Assembly (NCBI GenBank): GCA_963741945.1
Contig: CAVUKA010000001.1
Coordinates: 704,001-768,000 of the forward strand
DNA: 64,000 nucleotides
Origin: an uncultured Gemmatimonadales bacterium
Lineage (GTDB): Bacteria > Gemmatimonadota > Gemmatimonadetes > Longimicrobiales > RSA9
Direction: 5' to 3'
Shown: positions 44,101-53,353 of the stretch, in pieces
How positions within the stretch are numbered: the stretch's first letter is position 1
Layout of the letters: every line of letters begins with the position of its first letter
Position numbers and translations under genes: made by a program
Notes under the pieces: generated by a model
What the model was told of the DNA's origin: nothing
The model's database searches: none
Seen by the model: only the letters and a program-made list of their open reading frames with translations

Positions 44101-46356
44101 GGCCGCAGGAACGAACTGGCTCGCGGCCGACGGCGCGCCGCAGGGCTTCACGGTGTCGCCGCCGACGCCGATCACGCCGAACTTCACCTTCGTCCTCCCC
44201 GCTCTGTCGAATACATACGGGGACGGGCCGTTCAGCGTGGCGAGCTACGCGAACAGCACCAATAGCAATGGCGCTATCACGTTCGCCGTGGGCAACAGCA
44301 GCGCCGGTTGCTCGGTGACCTCCGCGGGCCAGGTGACGATCACCGGCGCGGCAGTCGGCGACGCGTACTGCATGATCGAAGCGTCGCTGGCGGCGGCCGG
44401 CGTCTACACCGCCGCGGGTCCGCTCTCGCAGAGCTTCCAGATCGCGAAGGCGGCGCCCGTGCAGGTCGTGATCCAAGTACTGCCGTTGGGTGCTCAGGTC
44501 GGCGGCGGGTTCCCGGCGACGGTCGAGACGGACGGAGACGGGGCGACATCGGTGACGTCGAGCACTCTGACCGTCTGCACGGCGAGCGGCGTTGATGTGA
44601 GCTACATCGCCGCCGGGACCTGCACCCTCGTGGCGCACGTGGCGGAGGGCCCCAACTTCACCTCGGCCGACGGCGGTCCCCAGAGCTTCGTGGTGTCCCC
44701 GGCCGCGCCGATCGCCCCGAACTTCACCTTCAACCTCTCGACGCTGCCGGCGAAGACGTACGGTGACGCGGCGTTCAGTGTGGCGGGCTTCGCGAGCAGC
44801 ACCAACAGTACCGGGGCGATCACGTTCGCGCTGGGCGCGAGCAGCGCCGGTTGCTCGGTGACCTCCGCGGGCGAGGTGACGATCACCGGGGCGGCGGTGG
44901 ATCCCGCATCCTGTGTGATCACAGCGTCGCTGGCGGCGGATGGGACCTACGCGGCCGCGGGGCCGCTCACGCAGAGCTTCAACATCACGAAGGCGTCCAC
45001 CACGGTCAGCATCAACAACGTGCCATCGAGCGCCACGGTCGGCGAGACCTTCACGCCGACGTACACGTCTCCGAGTGACGGGACGAAGTCCACGACCTCG
45101 AGCACGACCGGCGTCTGCACCGTGAGCGGCGGTGTCGTTAGCTACATCGCCGCCGGCACGTGCACTCTGGTGGCGCACGTGGCCGCAGGAACGAACTGGC
45201 TCGCGGCCGACGGCGCGCCGCAGGGCTTCACGGTGTCGCCGCCGACGCCGATCACGCCGAACTTCACCTTCGTCCTCCCCGCTCTGTCGAATACATACGG
45301 GGACGGGCCGTTCAGCGTGGCGAGCTACGCGAACAGCACCAATAGCAATGGCGCTATCACGTTCGCCGTGGGCAACAGCAGCGCCGGTTGCTCGGTGACC
45401 TCCGCGGGCCAGGTGACGATCACCGGCGCGGCAGTCGGCGACGCGTACTGCATGATCGAAGCGTCGCTGGCGGCGGCCGGCGTCTACACCGCCGCGGGTC
45501 CGCTCTCGCAGAGCTTCCAGATCGCGAAGGCGGCGCTAACGGTGACCGCCAACGACGCGACCATCACCTACCTCGACGCTACCCCGACGTTCAGCGTGGG
45601 CTACAGCGGCTTCGTGATCCCGGAGGCGCAGGTTCGCTGAGCGGCACCCTGGCGTACGAGTTCACCGGGACCGGCACGACGAGCTACGGCTCCTCGACGA
45701 CGCCGCCCACGAACGCGGGCACGTACTCCATCACGCCGAGCGGCCTCACCTCGGCCAACTACAGCTTCAGCTACGTGGCCGGGACGTACACCATCAACCA
45801 GGGCACGCCCGACCTGGCCGTATTGAACTGGCCCGCTAGCGGCACGGTGGGTGGCCAGTTCCTGCCCACCGTCGAGGCAGACGGCGACGGAGCGACCTCG
45901 GTGACCTCGACCACCGAGACCATCTGCAGCGTGAACACGTCCACCGGCTACGTCAGCTTCGTCGCCGCCGGGACCTGCACGCTCACGGCGCATGTGGCGG
46001 AGGGCACGAACTACCTGGCGGCGGACGGTAATCCGTACAGCTTCCAGATCGTCGAGGCGCCGGTCACCGAGTTCTCCAGCAGCTGCACGTACAGGATCCA
46101 GCCGCGCAGCAACATGCTGCAGGTCAAGATCGCGTGGGAGAACGCGGATCCCGGCGTGACCATGATCGAGCTCGATAACGGCCTGGATGTCACCAAGGAG
46201 ATCACGCCGACCGTTACCGGCACCTTAGGGGTGAACCTGAAGGGCGAGAGCGGGAACGTGTCATACCGGCTGTGGGGTGGGGAGACGAAGAAGTCCGAGC
46301 CCACGCCGCTCATGGAGCTGACGGCCTGCACGGCGGAGGAGCCTCCGGTCGACTGA
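41132..46356 (+). CDS. Giant surface lipoprotein: two CSLREA/beta-helix/choice-of-anchor-Q modules, Cys-paired Ig-like repeats, MBG-like domain; frameshift near 45625
   Basis: RBS GGAGG; lipobox LALAC; CTLREAI x2; DQRG..RPQG.ACD.GAYE x2; KAALTVTANDATITY continues as GSLSGTL..NAGTYSITPSGLTSANY in the -1 frame to the stop at 46356. Confidence 0.8.
43913..45536 (+). repeat. Intragenic duplication with 1080-bp period; 544-bp blocks 43913-44456 and 44993-45536 appear identical
   Basis: Line-by-line identity, also visible as duplicated alternative-frame ORFs (44052/45132, 44080/45160). Confidence 0.92.
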
Positions 46357-46365
46357 CCCGTTCAC

Positions 46366-46401
46366 CCTCATGGCGGGCCGGTGACCCGGCCCGCCATGAG
46401 G
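46366..46401 (+). terminator. Hairpin after the giant lipoprotein gene
   Basis: Perfect 16-bp stem CCTCATGGCGGGCCGG-TGAC-CCGGCCCGCCATGAGG. Confidence 0.7.
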
Positions 46402-46558
46402 CCCGGCCGCACTTTGCATCGACCCGTTCTCGTGGCGGGATCGGGGGGGCGTGCGCCCCGATCCCGTTGCTTTCATCCCCCGCCGACGGTAACGTGACGA
46501 CAGACCCGCGCGGCACCCCCTGGCCTGAAGCCGCGCGGTCGTACCGGGGCACGATACC

Positions 46559-49498
46559 GTGCTACACCTGCGCACGCTCGGCGTGCTGGACTTCCGCAAG
46601 TCGGCCGGGTCCAGTGTCGGGATGCTCCTCGCTCAGCCGAGGAGCATGGCCCTTCTCATCTATCTCCTCGTGGCACGTCCCCGCGGATACGTCCGTCGCG
46701 ACACGCTCTGCGCCATGTTCTGGCCGGACGCCGACGACGAGCACGCGCGCAGCGCGCTCAGCCAGGCGCTCACCCGGCTGCGCCGGGCTGCGGGCACGGC
46801 GATCGTGGAGACCAGGGGCAAGGACGAGGTAGGGGTGCCCCCGGACACCGTCGCTTGCGATGTCCTGGATTTCGACGCGGCCCTCACTGCTGGCGACTAC
46901 GCCACGGCCCTCGATCTCTACAAGGGTCCGTTCCTTTCCGGGTTCCACGCGAGCGGCGCGGACGGGTTCGAGGCGTGGGCGGCCACGGAGCGAGACCGCC
47001 TCCGCTCCGCGGCCGCGGGTGCCGCACGGCGGCTTGCGCACGCACAGCTGGAGGAAGGCCGGCCGAGAGAGGCGGCGCAGACGGCCGGGCGCGCGCTGAG
47101 CCTGGCGCCCGAGAGCGAGGCCGTGGCGGGTGAGCTGGTGCGCGCCGTCGCGGCCGCCGGAGACCGGGTGGGCGCCCTCGCGGTGTACGAGGCCTGGGTC
47201 CGAGAGCTGGCTCGCGAGCTGGACATGGAGCCGTCGCCCGAGTTCGTGGCGCTGGTGAGCACGCTCCGGGATGCACCGGGCGACCCGCCGAGAGACGGCC
47301 CGCCGGATCGTGTGCCGCCGCTCGGGGAAACCGACGCCGGACACCACCGGCCCCAGGCCACCGTCGCCGCGCCGGCCGCGCCCGCACCAGATCCAGGGGC
47401 CGGGTCGGCCGCCGCGAGCCCACCGCCTCGGCTCCCGGACCGGGGCCGCACCTTCCGCTTCCGTGATCGTCTCGTCATCGGCGGCGTGGCCACCGCCATC
47501 CTTCTCCTGGTCGGCTGGGGCGTGCTCCGCGCCAGCCTCCTGTCGTCCGGCATCACGGTGGAAGCGAACGGCCGGGCCGCATCGCCCCTGGCCCGCGGCG
47601 ACTGGCTGCTGGTGGCGGACTTCGACATGCCGGGCGCGGACACGGCGCTGGCGCTCGCGTTCCAGACGCTGCTGATCCAGGACCTGAGCTCGGCGGGGTA
47701 CGCGAGCGTGGTGGGCGGGCTCGGCGCATTCACGCGGAGCGCGCTGCAGACGGTGCTCGAGCGCATGCGGCTCGCACCGGACACCCGCATCGACGCGCCG
47801 CTGGCGTGCCAGATCGCCGAGCGGGAGGGCGCCGCCGGCGTCCTGGCCGGGCGGGTCCTGCCGGTGGGCAGGGACTACGTGCTCTCCGCTTCGGTGCTGA
47901 CGGGTCCGGAGTGCCAGGAGCGGATCCACGCGAGCACGGTGGCGTCGTTCGACGATCTTTCGCGGGCGGTTACGGCGCTGTCGCGGGAGATGCGGGAGCG
48001 GCTGGGCGAGTCGCGGTCGAGCATCCGGAGCAGCCCGCCTCTACCCCCGACCACGAGCGCGCGCGTCGAAGCGCTGCGGGCGGCCGGCCGCTACATCTCC
48101 GACGCCCGGTACTGGCGCGACGCCGAGCATGGCGACGAGCCGCTGCTGGAAGCGATCCGGATCGAGCCGGACTTCGCCTTCGCCCATTTCATGCTGGCCA
48201 TCCACTACCAGCGGCTGGGCCGCTTCGACCGGGTCATGCCGCACATGCTGCGGGCGTACGCGCTGCGGGAAGAGCTGCCGCGGGTCGGCCGCCGCGGGAT
48301 GGAAGCGCTCTACGACCGCTACGTCGCCTCGGATCTGGACGCCGCGGAGACGGCGGCGAAGGACGCGCTGGCCGCGGACCCGATGTCCGCTGACGCCTCC
48401 ATACCGTTCCTCGAGGACATCGCGCTCTGGCGAGGCGACTGGCAACGGGCGCTGGACCTCTCGCTCCAGCACCTCCGGACCAGCCCCAGCGGGATCGGCG
48501 CGGATCTGTCCCTGGCGCGCGGCGGCATGGCCGCGGCGGCGCTGGGCCGCACCGCCCTCGCCGACAGCCTGTTCCGCGTCCGCACCATGGTAGGCCGCCG
48601 CGCCGGGATCGAGCTCGACCCGGCCACCGAACTCCTCCACCACCTCCTGCGCCGCGACTGGCAGCGCGCCGCGGCCTACTGCGCGACGACCGCGACGAAC
48701 GATGCCTGTCCCTACGTCGATCTGGCCCGCGGGAAGCTCGCGGCCGCCGCGCGGGGGCTGCAGCAGGTCCTCGCGGACACCGGCCGCACGCACCCGTGGG
48801 ATCGCGCCGTCGCCGTGGCGGGGCTCGCCCACATCGCAGAGCTGACGGGGCAGCCCGAGCGCGTGGCGGGCCTCCTGCAGCGCGCCCGGGTCGCCCTCCC
48901 CGACACGGGCATCGCGCGGGCGCCCATGCACCTGAGCCGCTTCCTGGTGTGCGCGGCCGCCGCCGAGCTCGGCCGCAGTGACGGAGTGCCGGCGTGCGCG
49001 GTGGAGGGAGAGGACACGGGGCGCTGGGACGCGGACCCGTCATTCACGGTCCTGCTCCGCAGCGGTGCGTGGAGCCGCCGCCTCCTGGCCGTGCGCGCCC
49101 TCGAGCGGGGCGACGCGGCGAGTGCCCTCCTCCGGGACGACGACGCCATCCGCAGCAACTTCGGCAACCACGTCCTGGCGGATCACCTCATCCGCGCCCT
49201 TTCCTTCGACGCCCTCCAGCGCCCCGACTCCGCCCTCTCGCAGTACATCGAGGCGACGCGAATCGAGCGCGACGGCGCTTTCCCCACCGCCGGGGGCATC
49301 CTCTTCCCTCTCGCCCCCGTCTACCGCCGGATCGGCGAGCTGGCGGAGGACGCCGGGGACGCGCCCACGGCGGTCCGCTACTACGACGCGTTCACGGAGC
49401 TCTGGGCGGAGGCGGACCCCGTGCTGCAGCCGCAGGTCCGCTCGGTTGCGCAGCGCGCGGCCAGCCTGATGGACCGGCGGATCGGCCTGTCGCCCTGA
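46559..49498 (+). CDS. SARP-family (wHTH-BTAD) transcriptional regulator with TM helix and extracytoplasmic alpha/beta + TPR region
   Basis: LRTLG..ALLIYL..RRDTL..FWPD..ARSALSQAL.RLRR; DLYKGPFL..FEAW...ER; ELDMEPS; Pro-rich linker; TM LVIGGVATAILLLVGWGVL; WLLVADF domain; EPDFAFAH TPR-like repeats. Confidence 0.85.
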   Translation: MLHLRTLGVLDFRKSAGSSVGMLLAQPRSMALLIYLLVARPRGYVRRDTLCAMFWPDADDEHARSALSQALTRLRRAAGTAIVETRGKDEVGVPPDTVACDVLDFDAALTAGDYATALDLYKGPFLSGFHASGADGFEAWAATERDRLRSAAAGAARRLAHAQLEEGRPREAAQTAGRALSLAPESEAVAGELVRAVAAAGDRVGALAVYEAWVRELARELDMEPSPEFVALVSTLRDAPGDPPRDGPPDRVPPLGETDAGHHRPQATVAAPAAPAPDPGAGSAAASPPPRLPDRGRTFRFRDRLVIGGVATAILLLVGWGVLRASLLSSGITVEANGRAASPLARGDWLLVADFDMPGADTALALAFQTLLIQDLSSAGYASVVGGLGAFTRSALQTVLERMRLAPDTRIDAPLACQIAEREGAAGVLAGRVLPVGRDYVLSASVLTGPECQERIHASTVASFDDLSRAVTALSREMRERLGESRSSIRSSPPLPPTTSARVEALRAAGRYISDARYWRDAEHGDEPLLEAIRIEPDFAFAHFMLAIHYQRLGRFDRVMPHMLRAYALREELPRVGRRGMEALYDRYVASDLDAAETAAKDALAADPMSADASIPFLEDIALWRGDWQRALDLSLQHLRTSPSGIGADLSLARGGMAAAALGRTALADSLFRVRTMVGRRAGIELDPATELLHHLLRRDWQRAAAYCATTATNDACPYVDLARGKLAAAARGLQQVLADTGRTHPWDRAVAVAGLAHIAELTGQPERVAGLLQRARVALPDTGIARAPMHLSRFLVCAAAAELGRSDGVPACAVEGEDTGRWDADPSFTVLLRSGAWSRRLLAVRALERGDAASALLRDDDAIRSNFGNHVLADHLIRALSFDALQRPDSALSQYIEATRIERDGAFPTAGGILFPLAPVYRRIGELAEDAGDAPTAVRYYDAFTELWAEADPVLQPQVRSVAQRAASLMDRRIGLSP

Positions 49499-49537
49499 TC
49501 CCGCCCGTTCGCCGCGCGCGCGGCCGGCGATCCCCGG

Positions 49538-49566
49538 TTGACCCGACGGCCACCCGAATCGAGATT
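49538..49566 (+). promoter_or_regulatory. Probable promoter of tRNA-Thr(TGT)
   Basis: TTGACC-N17-GAGATT, ending 10 bp before the tRNA. Confidence 0.55.
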
Positions 49567-49576
49567 CCTCCCCGTC

Positions 49577-49649
49577 GCCGGGTTAGCTCAGTTGGCAGAG
49601 CAGCTGATTTGTAATCAGCAGGTCGGGGGTTCGAGTCCCCCACCCGGCT
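49577..49649 (+). tRNA. tRNA-Thr(TGT)
   Basis: GCCGGGTTAGCTCAGTTGGCAGAGCA-GCTGA-TTTGTAA-TCAGC...GGTTCGAGTCC..ACCCGGCT. Confidence 0.96.
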
Positions 49650-49656
49650 TGCGGCC

Positions 49657-50511
49657 TTACTCGACCCGGATCTGGCGCACCATGCCATGCATGACGTGCG
49701 GCTTGCCGTCCTTCGCGTCAGGGAAGAAGCAGAGCAGGCCGTAGTCGCCCGGCTCCAGGTCGACCTCGAGCAGGTTCGCCTCGCCCGGGCCGAGCGGGGC
49801 GACGCCGGTGATCACCGTGCCGGGGGCGGGTCCCTGCCGCCCACCCATCTCCCAGGCGACGACGTCGGCGGCCACTTTCCCTTCGTTCAGCTTGACCAGC
49901 ACCACTTCGTGTGGCTGGGCCGCGGCGTTCGTCACGCGGACGATGTGGTGCCCGGCAGTGAGCGGGTGGTCGAGGTCGTAGCCGTAGTCCTTGAGCGTCA
50001 TGGTCGCGTCCGCTTCCGGGAGCGGCGCCGTTGCAGCGGACGTCCCGGCCGTCACGGTGAGCGGGCGCACCATCCCATGGGCGACGTGCGGCTTCCCGTC
50101 GACGGCCGACGGGATCATGCAGAGAACGGCGTACTGCCCCGCCTTCAGGTCCATGTAGTCCACCACGGGCCGGTCGGGCGCGCCGGGCGTGTTGGGCCCG
50201 CCGACGATCTCGGCCCAGGACGGGGGCGCTCCCGCGGCCTGCATCGCCTGCATGAACTCGTCGTAGCTGTGGCCGTCAGCGATCCTCAGGAAAATGGCGT
50301 GGTGGAACTCCGGTCCCTGATTGACGAGCCGGACCCGCGTGGGGCCGGCGGGCACGGACTCGGGCATGTCATAGGCGAAGTCGCGCGCCGTGATGGTGAG
50401 CTCGTGGAGCACGGCTGCGGGCGACGCCGCCGCCTGGGCGTTCAGGGTTCCGGCGACGAGCAGGAGTCCGACGGCGAGTGCGGCGCCGAACCGATGGGCG
50501 AGGGGCTTCAT
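49657..50511 (-). CDS. Exported two-domain cupredoxin-like protein
   Basis: Signal peptide MKPLAHR..LNAQA; two H...C-x10-H-x3-G-M sites (CMIPSAVDGKPHVAHGM, CFFPDAKDGKPHVMHGM). Confidence 0.8.
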   Translation of the reverse strand: MKPLAHRFGAALAVGLLLVAGTLNAQAAASPAAVLHELTITARDFAYDMPESVPAGPTRVRLVNQGPEFHHAIFLRIADGHSYDEFMQAMQAAGAPPSWAEIVGGPNTPGAPDRPVVDYMDLKAGQYAVLCMIPSAVDGKPHVAHGMVRPLTVTAGTSAATAPLPEADATMTLKDYGYDLDHPLTAGHHIVRVTNAAAQPHEVVLVKLNEGKVAADVVAWEMGGRQGPAPGTVITGVAPLGPGEANLLEVDLEPGDYGLLCFFPDAKDGKPHVMHGMVRQIRVE

Positions 50512-50733
50512 GCCAACCTCCGGGAGAGTCTCGGGTCCGCCCGCGCGCCAGGAGCGGGCGCGGGCGCTTCGCGCGGCGTAGGGGCACAAGGAAAGCGCGC
50601 GCGGAACGGAGCCGGGCCGGGCCAGGCTGCGAGGTTCCCGTGCGCGCCGTCGGCTCCGCCGCAAGCCGACGCGTGAACCATGCAGCCGCGATCTCGCGGA
50701 GTCAAGGATCCCGGCGCGGTAACGCCGTGAGCT

Positions 50734-51838
50734 GCAGGGCCAGGCTCCAAAATCCACATTCTGGCTGGTTCGATGCGTTCCACCTTCATTCCGCGAAAGG
50801 CCTCTTCCCGCTCCGGAAGATATTCGAAACACATTGCGGGCTGATGTGCAGGTAGTGCGCGATCGCACGACCGGTGTATCCCGCGTCGCCCATCCGCTGG
50901 ACGACTGCCCGGCGGGCGCGAACCACCGGGCGCGCTTTGGACGCGGACCTGAGCTGCTCGACGGAAACGCGAGGAGAAAGTTGTGCCAGCGTCCGGTTCG
51001 CGATCTCGGTGAGGTCCTGGCGGGGAGCATTTCCGCCCCGAGACGCGTTAGCCCTGGGACAACCAAACAGCGGAACGAACGTCCTGGACCAGTAAGCGTC
51101 GCCGGCGAGCACCCGCGGGCGTTCTTCCAGGCAATACCCATCTGGGTCCATGTCCTCGCCCTTGGCATCAGAAGCGTCCGCTCGGTCCTTTTCAATCTGC
51201 CACGCCACCCAGCGGCTGTACGTCTTCCGCATCTGCTCGATCGCGAGCCCTTCCTTTTCCGCGAAGAGCATGAGCCCGATCTCGGGCCGACATACGCGGG
51301 CGATGGAAAGGGGCCAAGCTTTGCCTTTCGTGTACATGGCGTGGGAAGTCCAGCGATAGAGCTCGGGTTCGCCGACAAGACCCGCGCGTACTGGATTGAG
51401 GTTCGTATACACGATGGCGGTGCGGATGTAATCGGGGTCCTGGCAGTGCCGGTCCCGATACCGCCGCTCGAACACATGACCCTCGACCCGATGCACGCGC
51501 TGCACGAGCTTCGCCACGCGCGTCAACAGAGGCTGCATTAGGCGGTCGTGAGGCAGCTCGCGCTGTCGCAGGACCAGGTGCAGGTGGTTCGGCATGATCG
51601 CCCACGCGAGGAGCTGGGCATCGCCATGTTCCAGTGCCTCCGCGATATAGCCGGCGATGGCGGACCGAAGCGGAGGTGTGAAGAAGGCCCTATGGCCCTG
51701 GGTCCGGGTGGTCAGGTGGAATACCGCCCCGGGCATGTACGATCGGTGCGCGCGTGGCATGCGGGCAGGAATAGGCGACGACCTGGGGCATCACCATAGC
51801 GGAAGTGGCCACATGTGGATTGTGGAGCCTGGCCCTGC
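50734..51838 (-). mobile_element. RAYT/TnpA-Y1-like element bounded by 26-bp inverted repeats
   Basis: GCAGGGCCAGGCTCCAAAATCCACAT (50734-50759) versus ATGTGGATTGTGGAGCCTGGCCCTGC (51813-51838), 25/26 match. Confidence 0.75.
50786..51760 (-). CDS. REP-associated-type HUH (Y1) tyrosine transposase with C-terminal HTH
   Basis: PGAVFHLTTR, MPNHLHL (HUH), GHVFERRY, YTNLNPVRAGL..Y.WTS; C-terminal IAHYLHISPQCVS HTH. Confidence 0.88.
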   Translation of the reverse strand: MPRAHRSYMPGAVFHLTTRTQGHRAFFTPPLRSAIAGYIAEALEHGDAQLLAWAIMPNHLHLVLRQRELPHDRLMQPLLTRVAKLVQRVHRVEGHVFERRYRDRHCQDPDYIRTAIVYTNLNPVRAGLVGEPELYRWTSHAMYTKGKAWPLSIARVCRPEIGLMLFAEKEGLAIEQMRKTYSRWVAWQIEKDRADASDAKGEDMDPDGYCLEERPRVLAGDAYWSRTFVPLFGCPRANASRGGNAPRQDLTEIANRTLAQLSPRVSVEQLRSASKARPVVRARRAVVQRMGDAGYTGRAIAHYLHISPQCVSNIFRSGKRPFAE

Positions 51839-51857
51839 CGTTGCTACTCAGCCGTTG

Positions 51858-53330
51858 CTACTCCGCCAGCTTCCAGCGCGCCCCCTGCGGCGTGTCTTCC
51901 AGGATGACGCCGCGCTCCGCGATCTCGTCGCGGATGGCGTCGGCGCGGGCGAAGTCCCGGTCCTGCCGGGCCTGCTGGCGGTCGGCGATCTTCTCCTCGA
52001 TCCACGACACCAGCTCGGGATCCGGCCCCTCCCGCCGGTCGGCGAGCTCGACCAGGCCGAGCACGTCGTCGATGGAGGACAGCGCGGACCGGACCCGCTC
52101 CAGCGCTGCGTGCGGAACGGCCCCCGCGCCGTCGAGCGCGGCATTGACCTGGCGGATGAACGTGAACAGTGCGGCGAGGGCGGCGGGCGTGTTCAGGTCG
52201 TCGTCGAGGGCGGCCTCGAAGTCGGCCAGCGCGGCGTCGGCCAGGGCGGGGAGTCCGCCGTCCGCGCTCGTGCCGCTCTCCTGGCGAGCGGCCGCGTCGC
52301 CATGGCCCTCCGCCGCGGCGGACGCCTGCGCCAGCCGATCCCGGAAATCCAGGATCCGCCGGGTAGCGGCGCGAGCGTCGTCGAGGGCGCTGTAGGAGAA
52401 GCGGAGCTCCTTGCGGTAGTGGGCGGAGAGGAGGAGGTAGCGGAGCGCCACGGCGGGGTAGCCGGCGTCGAGGATGTCGGAAACGCGCACGACGTTGCCG
52501 AGCGACTTCGACATCTTCTCGGTGTCCATCATGAGGTGCCGGGCGTGAAGCCAGTAGCGGACGAACGGCTGCCCGGTGGCGCCCTCGGACTGGGCGATCT
52601 CGTCCTCGTGATGGGGAAAGACCAGGTCCTCGCCGCCCGTGTGGATGTCGAACGTCTCGCCCAGGTGGGCCATGCTCATGGCAGAGCACTCCAGGTGCCA
52701 CCCCGGGCGACCCTCGCCCCAGGGCGACGCCCACGCGGCGCCGACCTCCCGGTCCGCATCCTTCGCGGCCTTCCAGAGCGCGAAATCGCGGGCGTCGGCC
52801 TTCTCGTACTCGTCGCTGGCCACGCGCTCGCCCTGGCGGACTTCATCGAGGGGGATGCGCGATAGCTTGCCGTAGCCATCGAAGGAGGAGATGTCGTAAT
52901 AGACGGAGCCGTCCTCGGCGCGGTAGGCGTGGCCGTTCTCCACCAGCCGGTCCACCAGCCCGCGCATGGCGTCGAGGCTGTCGGTCGCCCGGGGATAGAG
53001 GTCGGCCGGGCGCACGCCGAGGCGGTCGAGCTCCGCCATGAAGCCATCGACGAACGGGGCAGTGTACTCGGCGATGGGGACGCCGGCGGCGAGGGCGTTG
53101 GCGATGATCTTGTCGTCCACGTCGGTCAGGTTCATGACGAAGCGGACGTCATAGCCCTTCCACTCCAGGTAGCGGTGGAGCAGGTCGTCGAAGAGGAAGG
53201 TGCGGTAGTTCCCCACGTGCGGGAGCTGGTAGACGGTGGGGCCGCACGCGTACAGGCCGACCCGCCCCGGGTGGAGCGGCTCGAACGGCTCGACCGCGCG
53301 GGTCAGGGTGTTGTAGAACCGCAAGGACAT
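51858..53330 (-). CDS. cysS: Cysteine--tRNA ligase
   Basis: YACGPTVY..HVGN, GRPGWHLECS, KMSKS. Confidence 0.98.
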   Translation of the reverse strand: MSLRFYNTLTRAVEPFEPLHPGRVGLYACGPTVYQLPHVGNYRTFLFDDLLHRYLEWKGYDVRFVMNLTDVDDKIIANALAAGVPIAEYTAPFVDGFMAELDRLGVRPADLYPRATDSLDAMRGLVDRLVENGHAYRAEDGSVYYDISSFDGYGKLSRIPLDEVRQGERVASDEYEKADARDFALWKAAKDADREVGAAWASPWGEGRPGWHLECSAMSMAHLGETFDIHTGGEDLVFPHHEDEIAQSEGATGQPFVRYWLHARHLMMDTEKMSKSLGNVVRVSDILDAGYPAVALRYLLLSAHYRKELRFSYSALDDARAATRRILDFRDRLAQASAAAEGHGDAAARQESGTSADGGLPALADAALADFEAALDDDLNTPAALAALFTFIRQVNAALDGAGAVPHAALERVRSALSSIDDVLGLVELADRREGPDPELVSWIEEKIADRQQARQDRDFARADAIRDEIAERGVILEDTPQGARWKLAE

Positions 53331-53353
53331 CGGATCCGTGTGTTCCGGTGGCG

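Noticed and set aside
24520-51860. Integrase-type genomic island at a tRNA
   Set aside because: No integrase, and I found no duplicated tRNA 3' end (att site) by eye.
53301-53311. Extra GGTCAGGGTGT copy
   Set aside because: Single copy inside cysS coding sequence (NTLT); probably chance.
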